Assembly: GCA_030765185.1 (NCBI GenBank)
Contig: JAVCDE010000003.1
Coordinates: 38 to 64,037, forward strand
Origin: Candidatus Aceula meridiana
Lineage (GTDB): Bacteria; Omnitrophota; Gorgyraeia; Zapsychrales; Aceulaceae
Length of the DNA: 64,000 bases
Reading direction: 5' to 3'
Of the stretch, positions 28,881-38,683 are shown piece after piece. The position numbers and the translations under genes were made by a program. Numbering within the stretch: the first letter of the stretch is position 1; each line of letters opens with the position of its first letter. The notes beneath the pieces were generated by a model, which saw only the letters and a list, made by a program, of their open reading frames with translations, did not search any database and had not been told where the DNA came from.

Positions 28881-29069
28881 ATGCCTTTTCAGTCGCTAAT
28901 GACTATAGAGGAAGTCGCTGGATACCTTAGGGTTAAGAAGCGTACGGTTTATGATTGGGTCAAGAAGGGAAAAATCCCGGCCATCAAAACCGTCGGACAG
29001 TGGCGTTTTAAAAAAGAAAGAATTGATCAATGGCTTGAGACACAAAACCAAGGAGGAGGGGCATGGTGA
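28881..29069 (+). CDS. small excisionase/MerR-like HTH DNA-binding protein (HTH_17, BldC-like)
   Basis: LMTIEEVAGYLRV...TVYDWVKKGKIPAIK.VGQWRF. Confidence 0.88.
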   Translation: MPFQSLMTIEEVAGYLRVKKRTVYDWVKKGKIPAIKTVGQWRFKKERIDQWLETQNQGGGAW

Positions 29070-29329
29070 AACTAAACAACCTCGATCTTGAACAAGATCT
29101 TCGCGGCCTTATTGCCGAAATTTTAGAATCCGAACCAGATTCTATCGACGGCGATGCAGGCTTTGTTAAGGATCTTGGAATGGACTCAATGATGGCTTTA
29201 GAAATTTTAGCTGGCATTGAGAAAAAATACAAAATTGTTATTCCTGAAGATCTACTGCCAAAGTTTACATCTCTTAACGAGACTATCAGGATCGTTGAAG
29301 GAATTTTGGCAGGTAAAAAAAATATTTAA
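29063..29329 (+). CDS. acyl carrier protein
   Basis: DLGMDSMMALEI phosphopantetheine site; acidic 88 aa; GGAGG RBS. Confidence 0.88.
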   Translation: MVKLNNLDLEQDLRGLIAEILESEPDSIDGDAGFVKDLGMDSMMALEILAGIEKKYKIVIPEDLLPKFTSLNETIRIVEGILAGKKNI

Positions 29330-29362
29330 ACTTAAAGATAATCTTAAGGAAAGGGATTTTGT

Positions 29363-32300
29363 ATGTACTTAAAACGAATTGAAATATTTGGATTTAAATC
29401 CTTCGCAGATAAAACTGTACTTAATTTTGAACCCGGAATTACGGCAGTCGTAGGCCCCAACGGTTGCGGCAAGAGTAATGTTTTCGATGCTATTCGCTGG
29501 GTTTTAGGCGAACAGAGTATGAAGGAGTTGCGTGGATCGACGAAGGAAGACGTCATTTTTAACGGAACGAGCAAACGACCAGCCCTTAATTTTGCTGAAG
29601 TGAGCTTAACTTTTTCTAATGAAAATAAAGTTTTTCCTATTGAGTATGACGAAGTCACTGTTTCTCGCAGGGTTTACCGCTCTGGCGAGAGTGAATACCT
29701 CCTTAATAAAACTCAAGTTCGTCTTAAAGATATTTTAGAGCTTTTTATGGGAACCGGTATCGGTGCTGAGGCTTATTCTTTGGTTCAGCAGGGCAGGGTT
29801 GACTTGATTGTTAGTGCCCGGCCGGATGACAGGCGCCTTATTTTTGATGAGGCCGCTGGCATCACGAAGTATAAAGCCAAAAAACGCGAAGCTCTTAATA
29901 AATTAAAGGATACTGATAATAATCTTCTGCGTAGCAACGACATCATTTTAGAAGTTAAAAAGCAAATTGCCTCTATTGAGCGTCAAGCCAAAAAAGCACA
30001 ACGCTATAAAGAGGAATATGAACGCTTAAAAATCATGGAGTTTATTTTTGCTGAAGATCAGATAGCCAATCTTGATAAGAACCGGACGGATCTTGAGAGC
30101 GCGCTTAGTGAATTTGGTCAGCAAGAGCAAGCCTTACATGACGACCTTACTAGGCTGAATCAAGTCTTAAGTGATGAAAATAAATTGATTGCCGAACTTG
30201 ATCAAAAAGAAAACGAACTTCATCAAGAAGACATCAAGCTTGAGAATCAAATTGAGATGGAAAATCGCCAGATCAATTTTAATGAAGAGCGCATCACAAC
30301 AATTGACAGCAACGAAGAGAGAATCAAAGAGCAAAAAAATAAACTGACAGAACAATGCCATAGCCAAGAGGGGAAAATTACTAATCTCCGTGAGGCGTTT
30401 GACTTATTGCGCCAAGAAGTTGTTAAGAATACAGAACAACTCGCTTCTCAGCGTTTATGTCTGCAAGAGCTTGAGAGTCAGATTCAATTAACGAAGAATG
30501 CTATCAGGCAAGAGGAAGAAGAAATTTTTCAGCTTAGCACTAGCCAGGTTAACTTTAAGAACGAAGTAACCGAGATTATGAAAGATTTTCAGGGAGCCTT
30601 AGCGCGTAAACGCCGCTTAGATTTAGAGAATGATAAGGTTATAAACGAAAAGCAGGAAATCGACATTAAGCTTGAGGTTGTTAATCAAGATATCAGCCGA
30701 TGTCTCGAGGAAATTAATCGTCTGAGAAGTGAAAAAAATACAAAAGACGGCTCTTTAAACGAAACCAAACATCAACTTGCTGATCTTGCGCAGACGATCA
30801 CAACATTAGAAAATACAATACTGGGCTTGAAATCAAAGCGTGAATTTATTGAAGAAATGCGCGTGCAGTATGAAAACACAACGGATCCAATTTCTTCCGG
30901 AAGGTTCATTACTCGCATGCCGCCGCCAGATGGTATTCAAGGAATGATTGGAAGAATTAAAGAGGTTACCAAGCTCGAGGGTGAAAGACGCCGAGCACTT
31001 GATGGGCGTTTTACGGACAACCCCAACGAAGAACTTTATGAGATTGTTTGTGAAACTAAGTTTATTGAGCTTGATCCAGAACAAATTACCGCTAAGATTG
31101 ATGCTCTTGCAGAACAGGTTACTTATAAGAATGAAGAGAAGAGAAATATTCTTATAAAAATTGCAGAACAGGAAAGTGACATCAACCGATTAGGAATTTT
31201 AGTTCACGATAAAGAAAAAGAAATGTCCGGGTTTGTTGCCGACAAAAATAATGTTTTGGAAGTCGTGAGCAAGCTTGCCGACGAGCTTACTTTAATCACT
31301 CAGGAGATTGTTGAGACAAAGGAAGTTTTAGCCGACTTAAAAGCTAATGAAGATGAACTTAATGAGCGCTTAGCGTCCGTTAACGAAAAGATTGAAAGTT
31401 TTAAAGGCACAATTAATCAGCAGCAATCTGATATTGTGGCCAAAACACAAAATCGCGAAGGCATCCTAATCGAGGTTACCCAGCTTGAGACAGAACTTGA
31501 ATCTTCAAAAGAACAAGAAGAAGGACAGCAAGAAAATTTAAGACTTTTTGAAGGAAGTCTTATTACGACTCGTCAAGAATTGGATCGCATTGAGAGGGAG
31601 TCGCAGGAGAGCCATGTTAAACGGCAAGAATATTTGAAATCCAACGAACAAATTCATCTTAAAATTGAGGATTTAAAAATTAAAAGAGATGAGCTTAAAA
31701 TATGCTTGAATAATTATGAGCAGCAAAAACAGGAAGTTTACACGCGCATTCAAGAGCTTCGCCCAAGAATTGGTGAGGTCGAAAAAGGGCTTGAGGCGGT
31801 TAAAGAGCAGTCTCATAATCAAGCACTCAAAAGACAAGAGCTTTCTTTCGGCGAACAGAGTGTTAAGGACAAGCTTTTACAAACTTATAAAATTGATTTT
31901 GATGAATTTGCCCGCCCTGAAGAAGAAGGTAGCATTGAATCGCTTGAGGTTTTTGATTTTTCAACACTTAACCCAGATCAAGACCAAGAATTAATTCAGC
32001 AGGAAAAAGAAAAGATCGCTTTTAAAGAATTAAAAGAGCGACTTGTTACCATCCGTCCTGAAATTCAGACTGAAGGGCTTGAAGATGAGGTCGAGAGATT
32101 AAAGAAGCGATGCGATTCTTATGGCTCGGTCAATTTAGTTGCTATTGATGAACATGAAGAATTAAAGCAGCGTTTCGAATTTTTAACAAAACAACAAACA
32201 GACCTTTTAGAAGCCAAACAAAGTTTGATGAATGCGATTACCAAAATTAATCGTACGACCCGTCAACTTTTTGTAGATACCTTTACAAAAGTTAGCGAGG

Positions 32301-32761
32301 AATTTCGTATTTACTTCCGTATGTTGTTTGGTGGAGGTGAAGCTGATTTAATTTTGGTTGATCCTGAAAATGTTTTAGAGTCCGGCATTGATATTGTGGC
32401 TAAGCCACCGGGGAAAAAGCTTCAAAATATTACGCTTTTATCAGGTGGAGAAAAAACCATGGCGGCTATTGCACTTATCTTTGCCGTTTTTAAAGTAAGG
32501 CCGTCTCCGTTCTGCGTTCTTGACGAAATTGATGCAGCGCTAGACGAGTCTAATGTCGGCCGCTATAGCTATCTTTTGCAAGAATTCTCAAAGATCGCGC
32601 AGTTTATTGTTATCACGCACAACAAAAAGACTATTTCTGCTGCTGATGTTATGTACGGCATCACTATGCAAGAGCGCGGTGTTTCGAAAATTGTGTCCGT
32701 TAAGTTATCTGAAGACCAAGAAGAGGTCGGAAGTCGGGAAAAGATTCCTGCCGCCGTCTAA
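29363..32761 (+). CDS. smc: chromosome segregation protein SMC (atypically short hinge)
   Basis: FGFKSFAD, GPNGCGKSN, QQG, long coiled coils, LSGGEK, LDEIDAALD, ITHNK. Confidence 0.93.
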   Translation: MYLKRIEIFGFKSFADKTVLNFEPGITAVVGPNGCGKSNVFDAIRWVLGEQSMKELRGSTKEDVIFNGTSKRPALNFAEVSLTFSNENKVFPIEYDEVTVSRRVYRSGESEYLLNKTQVRLKDILELFMGTGIGAEAYSLVQQGRVDLIVSARPDDRRLIFDEAAGITKYKAKKREALNKLKDTDNNLLRSNDIILEVKKQIASIERQAKKAQRYKEEYERLKIMEFIFAEDQIANLDKNRTDLESALSEFGQQEQALHDDLTRLNQVLSDENKLIAELDQKENELHQEDIKLENQIEMENRQINFNEERITTIDSNEERIKEQKNKLTEQCHSQEGKITNLREAFDLLRQEVVKNTEQLASQRLCLQELESQIQLTKNAIRQEEEEIFQLSTSQVNFKNEVTEIMKDFQGALARKRRLDLENDKVINEKQEIDIKLEVVNQDISRCLEEINRLRSEKNTKDGSLNETKHQLADLAQTITTLENTILGLKSKREFIEEMRVQYENTTDPISSGRFITRMPPPDGIQGMIGRIKEVTKLEGERRRALDGRFTDNPNEELYEIVCETKFIELDPEQITAKIDALAEQVTYKNEEKRNILIKIAEQESDINRLGILVHDKEKEMSGFVADKNNVLEVVSKLADELTLITQEIVETKEVLADLKANEDELNERLASVNEKIESFKGTINQQQSDIVAKTQNREGILIEVTQLETELESSKEQEEGQQENLRLFEGSLITTRQELDRIERESQESHVKRQEYLKSNEQIHLKIEDLKIKRDELKICLNNYEQQKQEVYTRIQELRPRIGEVEKGLEAVKEQSHNQALKRQELSFGEQSVKDKLLQTYKIDFDEFARPEEEGSIESLEVFDFSTLNPDQDQELIQQEKEKIAFKELKERLVTIRPEIQTEGLEDEVERLKKRCDSYGSVNLVAIDEHEELKQRFEFLTKQQTDLLEAKQSLMNAITKINRTTRQLFVDTFTKVSEEFRIYFRMLFGGGEADLILVDPENVLESGIDIVAKPPGKKLQNITLLSGGEKTMAAIALIFAVFKVRPSPFCVLDEIDAALDESNVGRYSYLLQEFSKIAQFIVITHNKKTISAADVMYGITMQERGVSKIVSVKLSEDQEEVGSREKIPAAV

Positions 32762-32771
32762 GGGAGGGACT

Positions 32772-33116
32772 ATGGATTCGAGTGAAAAAAGAAGATATCT
32801 AAGGTTTAGAATTTTTATGGATGTAGACGTAATAGGCTTTGAAGCAAAGAATTCTTTAAAAGGAACATTAGAAAATATTTCTAGGCAGGGCATTGGTATT
32901 ATTTTAAAAAAGGGTAAAAAGCCCAAGGGTACTGAAGTTGATTTGAACTTGCATCTTGATTCTCAAAAAAAACCTGTTTCAGCTAGAGGGAGAATTACCT
33001 GGATAGAGGAAGAAAGTAATAAAAACCGTCTAGGAGTTGAGATTAAAAGGATTGACAAAGAGGTTCAGGATGATATTCTTGATATAGCTTATCAAGACTG
33101 GAAAGCCCAAATTTAA
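32772..33116 (+). CDS. PilZ domain protein
   Basis: RRYLR (RxxxR) and NISRQG (D/NxSxxG); GGAGG RBS before ATG 32772. Confidence 0.85.
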   Translation: MDSSEKRRYLRFRIFMDVDVIGFEAKNSLKGTLENISRQGIGIILKKGKKPKGTEVDLNLHLDSQKKPVSARGRITWIEEESNKNRLGVEIKRIDKEVQDDILDIAYQDWKAQI

Positions 33117-33138
33117 AATTTGTAGGATTTAAGAAATA

Positions 33139-34842
33139 ATGACAGAAAAAAGAGAAAAAATTGGTGATTACCTTTTAAAAAATGGAACTCTTTCGCAGGA
33201 GCAGCTTATCCTTGCCTTAGAACATCAAAAAGAAAATGAAAAATTCCTTGGTGAAATTCTTGTTGAAAAAGGATACGTTGCCGAAGAAGAAGTCGCTGCC
33301 GTCTTAGCTGAACAATTTAACCTCCCGTTTATTCTTTTAAGTGCTTGCCCCATTGACGATACCCTCAAGAAACTTTTTCCTGTTAACAAAATGAAACAGT
33401 GGAAGATTTTTCCCATTAAGCTTGAGGGAGACATCTTAACTGTTGCCGTAACCAATCCTTTAGATATTAAAATGATGCAGGAGCTCAAGTATTTAAGCGG
33501 CTATAAACTTGATTTAGCTGTTACAACCTCCAAAGAAATTTTCGATTGCATTCATAAGAATTTTGGGTCTAATGCTAACCTTGAAGAAGCCATTGCAGAT
33601 GTAAGTTTCCGAAGTCAGTCTCAGGCATTTAATTTAAAGGGAGATATGAAAACCCTTGAAGAGGCTGTTCAAGATGCTCCCATCGTCAAGTTGGTTAACT
33701 CTGTTGTTGATGAAGCGATTAAGCAAAATGCTTCGGATATTCATTTTGAGCCACAGAAAGCAGCGCTTCGCATCCGTTATCGTGTCGACGGAGTTTTATA
33801 TGAGTCTTTCAATGTCCCTAAGGAGCTTCAGCTTCCTGTGATTTCACGTATCAAGATTATCAGCGGTATGGATATTTCAGAAACGCGCCGTCCCCAGGAT
33901 GGACGCATGAGCTTTGAGATTAACCACAGGTCTTATGATATCCGTACATCGACTTTGCCAGATTCTTTTGGTGAAAAAATTGTTATGCGTATTTTAGATA
34001 AAGAAAATATTTTTCTTGAGATTAGAAATTTAGGCCTTAGCGACAAAGAATCTCAGTTTGTAAAGAATCTTATCCAGATTCCTTATGGAATTATTTTGAT
34101 TACAGGCCCAACCGGAAGCGGAAAAACGACTACGCTTTATTCAATGCTTAACCAGCTTAATGACGAAACGCGTAATATCGTAACAGTGGAAAATCCGACT
34201 GAGTATCAGCTAGAAGGGATTAATCAAACAGAAGTTAACGAGAAAGCAGGGTATACGTTTGCGACAGGCATGCGCCATATTTTGCGACAGGACCCTGATG
34301 TCATTATGATTGGAGAAATCCGCGACTTGGAAACGGCGGAGATTGCCGTGCAGGCTGCGCTAACAGGGCATTTAGTTCTCTCGACGCTGCATACGAATAA
34401 TGCCGCCGGTAGTGTCGTGAGGCTTTTAGATATGAACGTAGAACCTTTTTTAATTGGCTCTTCCGTGGTTGGAGTTGTCGCTCAAAGGTTAGTACGCAAG
34501 CTATGTCCACACTGCTCAAAGGAAGAGGATATCTCTGTCGAAGTTGAAAAGAGTATTTTAAAATATGTTCCGGATTTCAAAAGTCGTAAATTTGCAAAAC
34601 CCGTAGGATGCAAGAAGTGCCGGAATATTGGCTATCAAGGGCGGACAGGAATTTTTGAAATGATGAACGTCACCCCTGAGATTAAAGAGATGATTATTAA
34701 AAGAGCAACGGAGGCTGAGATTGAAAAGAAAGCTATTGAGCAGGGAATGAGCACGTTGCAGATGAGTGCTATTGAAAAAGCTTCACAAGGCGCAACTTCT
34801 CTTGAAGAAGCCATGCGCGTAACCTTTGTTAGGATGGTGTAA
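33139..34842 (+). CDS. type IV pilus/T2SS assembly ATPase (PilB/GspE) with MshEN N-terminus
   Basis: KIGDYLL..G.L...QL..AL..Q...LGEILV..G; ASDIHFEP, GPTGSGKTT, RQDPD, GEIRD, tetracysteine motif. Confidence 0.93.
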   Translation: MTEKREKIGDYLLKNGTLSQEQLILALEHQKENEKFLGEILVEKGYVAEEEVAAVLAEQFNLPFILLSACPIDDTLKKLFPVNKMKQWKIFPIKLEGDILTVAVTNPLDIKMMQELKYLSGYKLDLAVTTSKEIFDCIHKNFGSNANLEEAIADVSFRSQSQAFNLKGDMKTLEEAVQDAPIVKLVNSVVDEAIKQNASDIHFEPQKAALRIRYRVDGVLYESFNVPKELQLPVISRIKIISGMDISETRRPQDGRMSFEINHRSYDIRTSTLPDSFGEKIVMRILDKENIFLEIRNLGLSDKESQFVKNLIQIPYGIILITGPTGSGKTTTLYSMLNQLNDETRNIVTVENPTEYQLEGINQTEVNEKAGYTFATGMRHILRQDPDVIMIGEIRDLETAEIAVQAALTGHLVLSTLHTNNAAGSVVRLLDMNVEPFLIGSSVVGVVAQRLVRKLCPHCSKEEDISVEVEKSILKYVPDFKSRKFAKPVGCKKCRNIGYQGRTGIFEMMNVTPEIKEMIIKRATEAEIEKKAIEQGMSTLQMSAIEKASQGATSLEEAMRVTFVRMV

Positions 34843-34843
34843 G

Positions 34844-36043
34844 ATGCCAAAATTTTTATACAAAGTCAAAGATATAGACGGCAAACTGCTTGTCGGTGCG
34901 CTAGAGGCAGAAAATGAAAGATCTGTCAGACATATTATTACTGAGAAGGGTTATTTTGTTATCAACGTTCAGAAAATGAAGAAAACAAAATTAGCTGGAT
35001 TTGGAAAGCCGGTGAGCATCGATAGCCTCATTCGTTTTACGCATAAACTCAGCGCGATGTTTAAAGCCGGGGTTCCTATTTTGACAGCTTTAAGAATGTT
35101 GTGGGAGCAAGGCGAAAACAAGTATCTTCAGATTATTACCAGTGAGATTATTACAGATATTAGTCAGGGTGAATTATTTTCGGATTCGTTGAGAAAGTTT
35201 CCTGAGGTCTTTTCTGAGATTTATATTAGTCTTGTTCAGGTTAGTGAAAGCAGCGGGGATTTTCCGCAGGCCTTAGAGCAAATCATTGCACACTTAAACC
35301 GTCAGAAAGAGATCAGGCGAAAAGTGCAGAACGCTCTTATGTATCCTATTATTGTTGTTGTTATGATTATTGCTGTTATCATCGCAATGCTAGTGATTGT
35401 TATCCCAGTCTTTAAAAAGATATTCTCGGACATCAACGTTGATCTCCCGTTCATCACAAGAATGTTTATTTTCTTGTCTGATAATTTTATTCGTTATTGG
35501 TGGGTGGGGTTTGTTATTACAGGAGTATTGGTTTTTGTTTATCGAAAATATAAAAAGACCCCGCGCGGGGCATATAAAATCGATGAATGCAAACTGCGTA
35601 TTCCAACTATAGGTCAATTAATTTATTACGTTGCACTTTCGAAATTTATTCACTCGTTTTATGCTTTATCCGTTAGCGGTGTTGAAATCTCAAAGACTTT
35701 AGCCAGTTCTGCGCGTAGTTGTGCCAACAGGGTATTAGAAGGGAAAATTAGTTCTGCCACAGAATCTATTGTTAAGGGAAAGAGCATTAGTCGGGCACTT
35801 CAGGAGGCAGGGTGTCTGCCTGCTTTTTTTGTGCAAATGCTTTCGATTGGGGAGACAAGCGGATCGATACTCAATATGATGAAAATTTTAATGACATTTT
35901 TAGATGATGAAATTGATTTTCAGATTAATAAAATTTTTACGATTTTAGGGCCGGCTACGATTATTATTGTCGGGTTTATTGTCTTGTTTGTTTTACTAGC
36001 TATTTATTTCCCGATATTTACATTGTGGGGTAATATTGGATAA
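34844..36043 (+). CDS. type IV pilus/T2SS platform protein (PilC/GspF)
   Basis: AGVPI, ESSG, ALMYP, IPVF, GETSG two-domain pattern. Confidence 0.92.
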   Translation: MPKFLYKVKDIDGKLLVGALEAENERSVRHIITEKGYFVINVQKMKKTKLAGFGKPVSIDSLIRFTHKLSAMFKAGVPILTALRMLWEQGENKYLQIITSEIITDISQGELFSDSLRKFPEVFSEIYISLVQVSESSGDFPQALEQIIAHLNRQKEIRRKVQNALMYPIIVVVMIIAVIIAMLVIVIPVFKKIFSDINVDLPFITRMFIFLSDNFIRYWWVGFVITGVLVFVYRKYKKTPRGAYKIDECKLRIPTIGQLIYYVALSKFIHSFYALSVSGVEISKTLASSARSCANRVLEGKISSATESIVKGKSISRALQEAGCLPAFFVQMLSIGETSGSILNMMKILMTFLDDEIDFQINKIFTILGPATIIIVGFIVLFVLLAIYFPIFTLWGNIG

Positions 36044-36098
36044 GATGTAATTTTTTTGAAAATTTTTATGATTTTCTTGAGCAAACAAGGCAAAAAAA

Positions 36099-36107
36099 TG
36101 CTATACT
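36099..36107 (+). promoter_or_regulatory. extended -10 promoter of the pilin gene
   Basis: TG-C-TATACT about 50 nt upstream of the GGAGG RBS/ATG. Confidence 0.45.
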
Positions 36108-36159
36108 AAAATGTTAAACTAAATTAAAAATTATTAACCATTTAAATGAAGGAGGAAAT

Positions 36160-36525
36160 ATGATGAAAAGGAAAGGTTTTACATTGGTAGAAATACTCTT
36201 TGTTGTAGTCATCGTTGGCATCTTAGTCGCTATTTTGGTGCCAAATGCTTTAAAAGCCGTTGCTGCTGCTAATACAAAAGCATGCGCTGGCAACATTCGT
36301 TCGATTGATGCTGCATTTGTGGCTTGCTATGCGGATACGCGCGATTGGGCTAGCTGCGATGACATAGCTGCCTTGGTAACCGGAGGCTACTTAGAAGATA
36401 CCCCTGTTTGTCCAATTGGTGTAGATTATGCAGCAGACTCAACAAATGGGAGGCGATGTGCCAGGACAGGCCACTTTAGCGCCGGCAACTTCCCGCATAC
36501 GCACGATGCAGTAGTAGTAGAGTAA
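36160..36525 (+). CDS. type IV pilin (probable major pilin)
   Basis: Class III signal KRKG|FTLVE followed by a hydrophobic helix; strong RBS. Confidence 0.9.
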   Translation: MMKRKGFTLVEILFVVVIVGILVAILVPNALKAVAAANTKACAGNIRSIDAAFVACYADTRDWASCDDIAALVTGGYLEDTPVCPIGVDYAADSTNGRRCARTGHFSAGNFPHTHDAVVVE

Positions 36526-36554
36526 CATTATTGTAATTCTTTTTAAGGATAACT

Positions 36555-38051
36555 ATGACAATTCTTGAATTAGGATATAAAAAGATACGTTGTCTTGTTT
36601 ATCAAAAACAAGGAAAAGGTATTGCTATTCAAAAAGCTGAGAGTTTTAATTTTGATAGCGATATCTTTCCAATTCAGGATATAGGGAAAGCGGCGAAGCC
36701 GATAAAAGATTTCTGTAAAGAAAAAAGAATATCTACTTCGCCGCTTTCTTTGATTATTTCTCACCCGGGCGTTATTTTTAGGGACCTCACCTTGCCGCCT
36801 ATGTCGCACAAAGAAATCGAAGCCGTTATTATTAACGACATCGAAAGAGGCCCTCGTTTTTCTTCCAAAAAATACCTTTATACATATTCCGCACACTATA
36901 TGACGGGTGGCCGTAAAATTCGCGTAGTTTATTTTGTGCTTGAAAAAGAAATTCTTAATAAAGCTATACGGCTTGTGAAGGCAGCAGGATTTTCTTTAAA
37001 ATCCGTAAGCCTTTGTCCGGCTACACTTTTAGGTTTGCCAGCTGTAAATCCTTTAGATGGCAAAGATTTGATGCTTGTTTATCCTCAAGAAAAAACAACA
37101 TATGCCGTTATTACTAACGGAAAAGTTTGTCAGGGCATTTATACTATCGACATAGGACTTAAAGATATTTATGACAAAGAAGGCAATCAGATTAAAGAGA
37201 AACAGTTTGGCCTCTTCGGCGAAGAAATTCGTCGTACTTTAAAATCGTATGAAACTGCACAACATGCTATTATTTCCGAAGTTATTTTATTTTCTGACAA
37301 CCAACTAACCGGTGATTTAAGCGAGAAGATAGCTTCTTCCTTGGGTCGCACGGTTAAGGCTCCGCAGCTTCCGGCTCAGGCAAAGATTTCAAGCAAAGTA
37401 ATTGATGCACCACTCGATGGAACCTATTTTAGCTGTCTAGGAAAAGCCTTAGAGCCCTTAAGGGGAAACCCTTGCTTTAATTTTTTAAAAATTTGGGATT
37501 ACCGCAAAACTTCAGAATATAAAAATAAAGTTTTATTGTTTGTGGGGATTTATTTAGCGGTGGTAGGGATACTTTTCTTTAAGCCTGTTTCTCAGGTTTA
37601 TAACAAAGTAAGCGATGAGAACAGGCAAGGAATTGCTCTTATGGCGAAGACTGAAGGGCTAGAGGCTCGAACAAATATTTTAGAACAGCAACGAAAGCAA
37701 TATCTAGCGACAAAAAATAATTTACTTCGGCAGGCGACAGTGGTTCATAAACTGAAAAAGATATCTTGGTCAGAAGCATTTTTTAAAATTGGTGAAGTTT
37801 TACCCGAGGATATCTGGCTGACAAGTTTTGTCTTGGGAAAATCAGGAAGTTTTTACCTTAAGGGAAAAGGCATGACCTTAGATTCTGTTGCTGCTTTTAT
37901 TCGCGCGTTAAAAAAAGTTGATTTATTCGGTGAGGCAAAATTAAAATCGACGCGGGAAGCCAAAATCGAAGAAGAAATAGTACGTGAATTCGACATAGAA
38001 TCTTTTGTCATTGTTTCGCCAGACGAAACAGTGGACAAGAAAGAAAAATAA
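36555..38051 (+). CDS. PilM-PilN-like fusion alignment protein
   Basis: Actin-like N-region (FRDLTLPPM), one TM helix, then PilN-like WSE...LPEDIWLTS. Confidence 0.72.
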   Translation: MTILELGYKKIRCLVYQKQGKGIAIQKAESFNFDSDIFPIQDIGKAAKPIKDFCKEKRISTSPLSLIISHPGVIFRDLTLPPMSHKEIEAVIINDIERGPRFSSKKYLYTYSAHYMTGGRKIRVVYFVLEKEILNKAIRLVKAAGFSLKSVSLCPATLLGLPAVNPLDGKDLMLVYPQEKTTYAVITNGKVCQGIYTIDIGLKDIYDKEGNQIKEKQFGLFGEEIRRTLKSYETAQHAIISEVILFSDNQLTGDLSEKIASSLGRTVKAPQLPAQAKISSKVIDAPLDGTYFSCLGKALEPLRGNPCFNFLKIWDYRKTSEYKNKVLLFVGIYLAVVGILFFKPVSQVYNKVSDENRQGIALMAKTEGLEARTNILEQQRKQYLATKNNLLRQATVVHKLKKISWSEAFFKIGEVLPEDIWLTSFVLGKSGSFYLKGKGMTLDSVAAFIRALKKVDLFGEAKLKSTREAKIEEEIVREFDIESFVIVSPDETVDKKEK

Positions 38052-38683
38052 TGAAACAAAAAACTTCTCTTAGCGTGACAAAGATGATTGCTGTTGGGAT
38101 TTGTCTCTTGATTACGGCAGTCGCGATTTTTTCTTTGAAATATTTTAAGGCAAAAAGGCTAAGCCTTCAGGCTGAAAATAAATTTTATCAGCAAAGAAGT
38201 GAGACAGCCGAAGAGAGAATAACCCAGCTTGATGTTCTTCTTGGAGAGTATTACGAAGATATTGAAAATTTTGAGAAATTTTTATTTAAGGAAAAGGATA
38301 TTCCTCTTTTTCTAGAGGACATGTCAGACTCTTCGGAAGAATTTGAAATTGCGGTTAAAAATATTCAAGCCCTTGAAATTAAGGAAGTCGAAGTCGAAAA
38401 GGCGCCTCGCACCGCAGAAAAAATTGCTCAAAATCAAAGTAGGAACTCTAATAAAAAAGAACTTGATACGAATATTCTTGTGATGGTTTCAACACCTTTT
38501 AAAATTAATATTGAAGGAAAATTTCGTGATGTATTGCAGTTTATTCTTTCAGTTGAAGAAAGCCGACAATTGTTAACGGTTAGTGAGGTAAAGATTAGCT
38601 CTCGGAAATATCCTGTTATTCTAGGGGAATTTCGACTAGATCTTTATAGTTTAAGCGGGTTAGAGGAGAAGAAAGCAGAATGA
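38051..38683 (+). CDS. PilO-like protein
   Basis: N-terminal TM helix and coiled coil, IPLFLE, IEGKFRDVLQFI..VE; position in operon. Confidence 0.72.
   Translation: MKQKTSLSVTKMIAVGICLLITAVAIFSLKYFKAKRLSLQAENKFYQQRSETAEERITQLDVLLGEYYEDIENFEKFLFKEKDIPLFLEDMSDSSEEFEIAVKNIQALEIKEVEVEKAPRTAEKIAQNQSRNSNKKELDTNILVMVSTPFKINIEGKFRDVLQFILSVEESRQLLTVSEVKISSRKYPVILGEFRLDLYSLSGLEEKKAE

Noticed and set aside
28881-29069. Excisionase-like gene as a sign of a prophage or ICE
   Set aside because: No integrase, phage genes or att-like repeats nearby; it is coupled to ACP and smc
32553-32771. N-terminal extension of the PilZ ORF (and similar upstream starts at 5376, 7656, 28454, 45235, 51449)
   Set aside because: They overlap upstream genes or promoters; downstream starts have better RBS or match family N-termini
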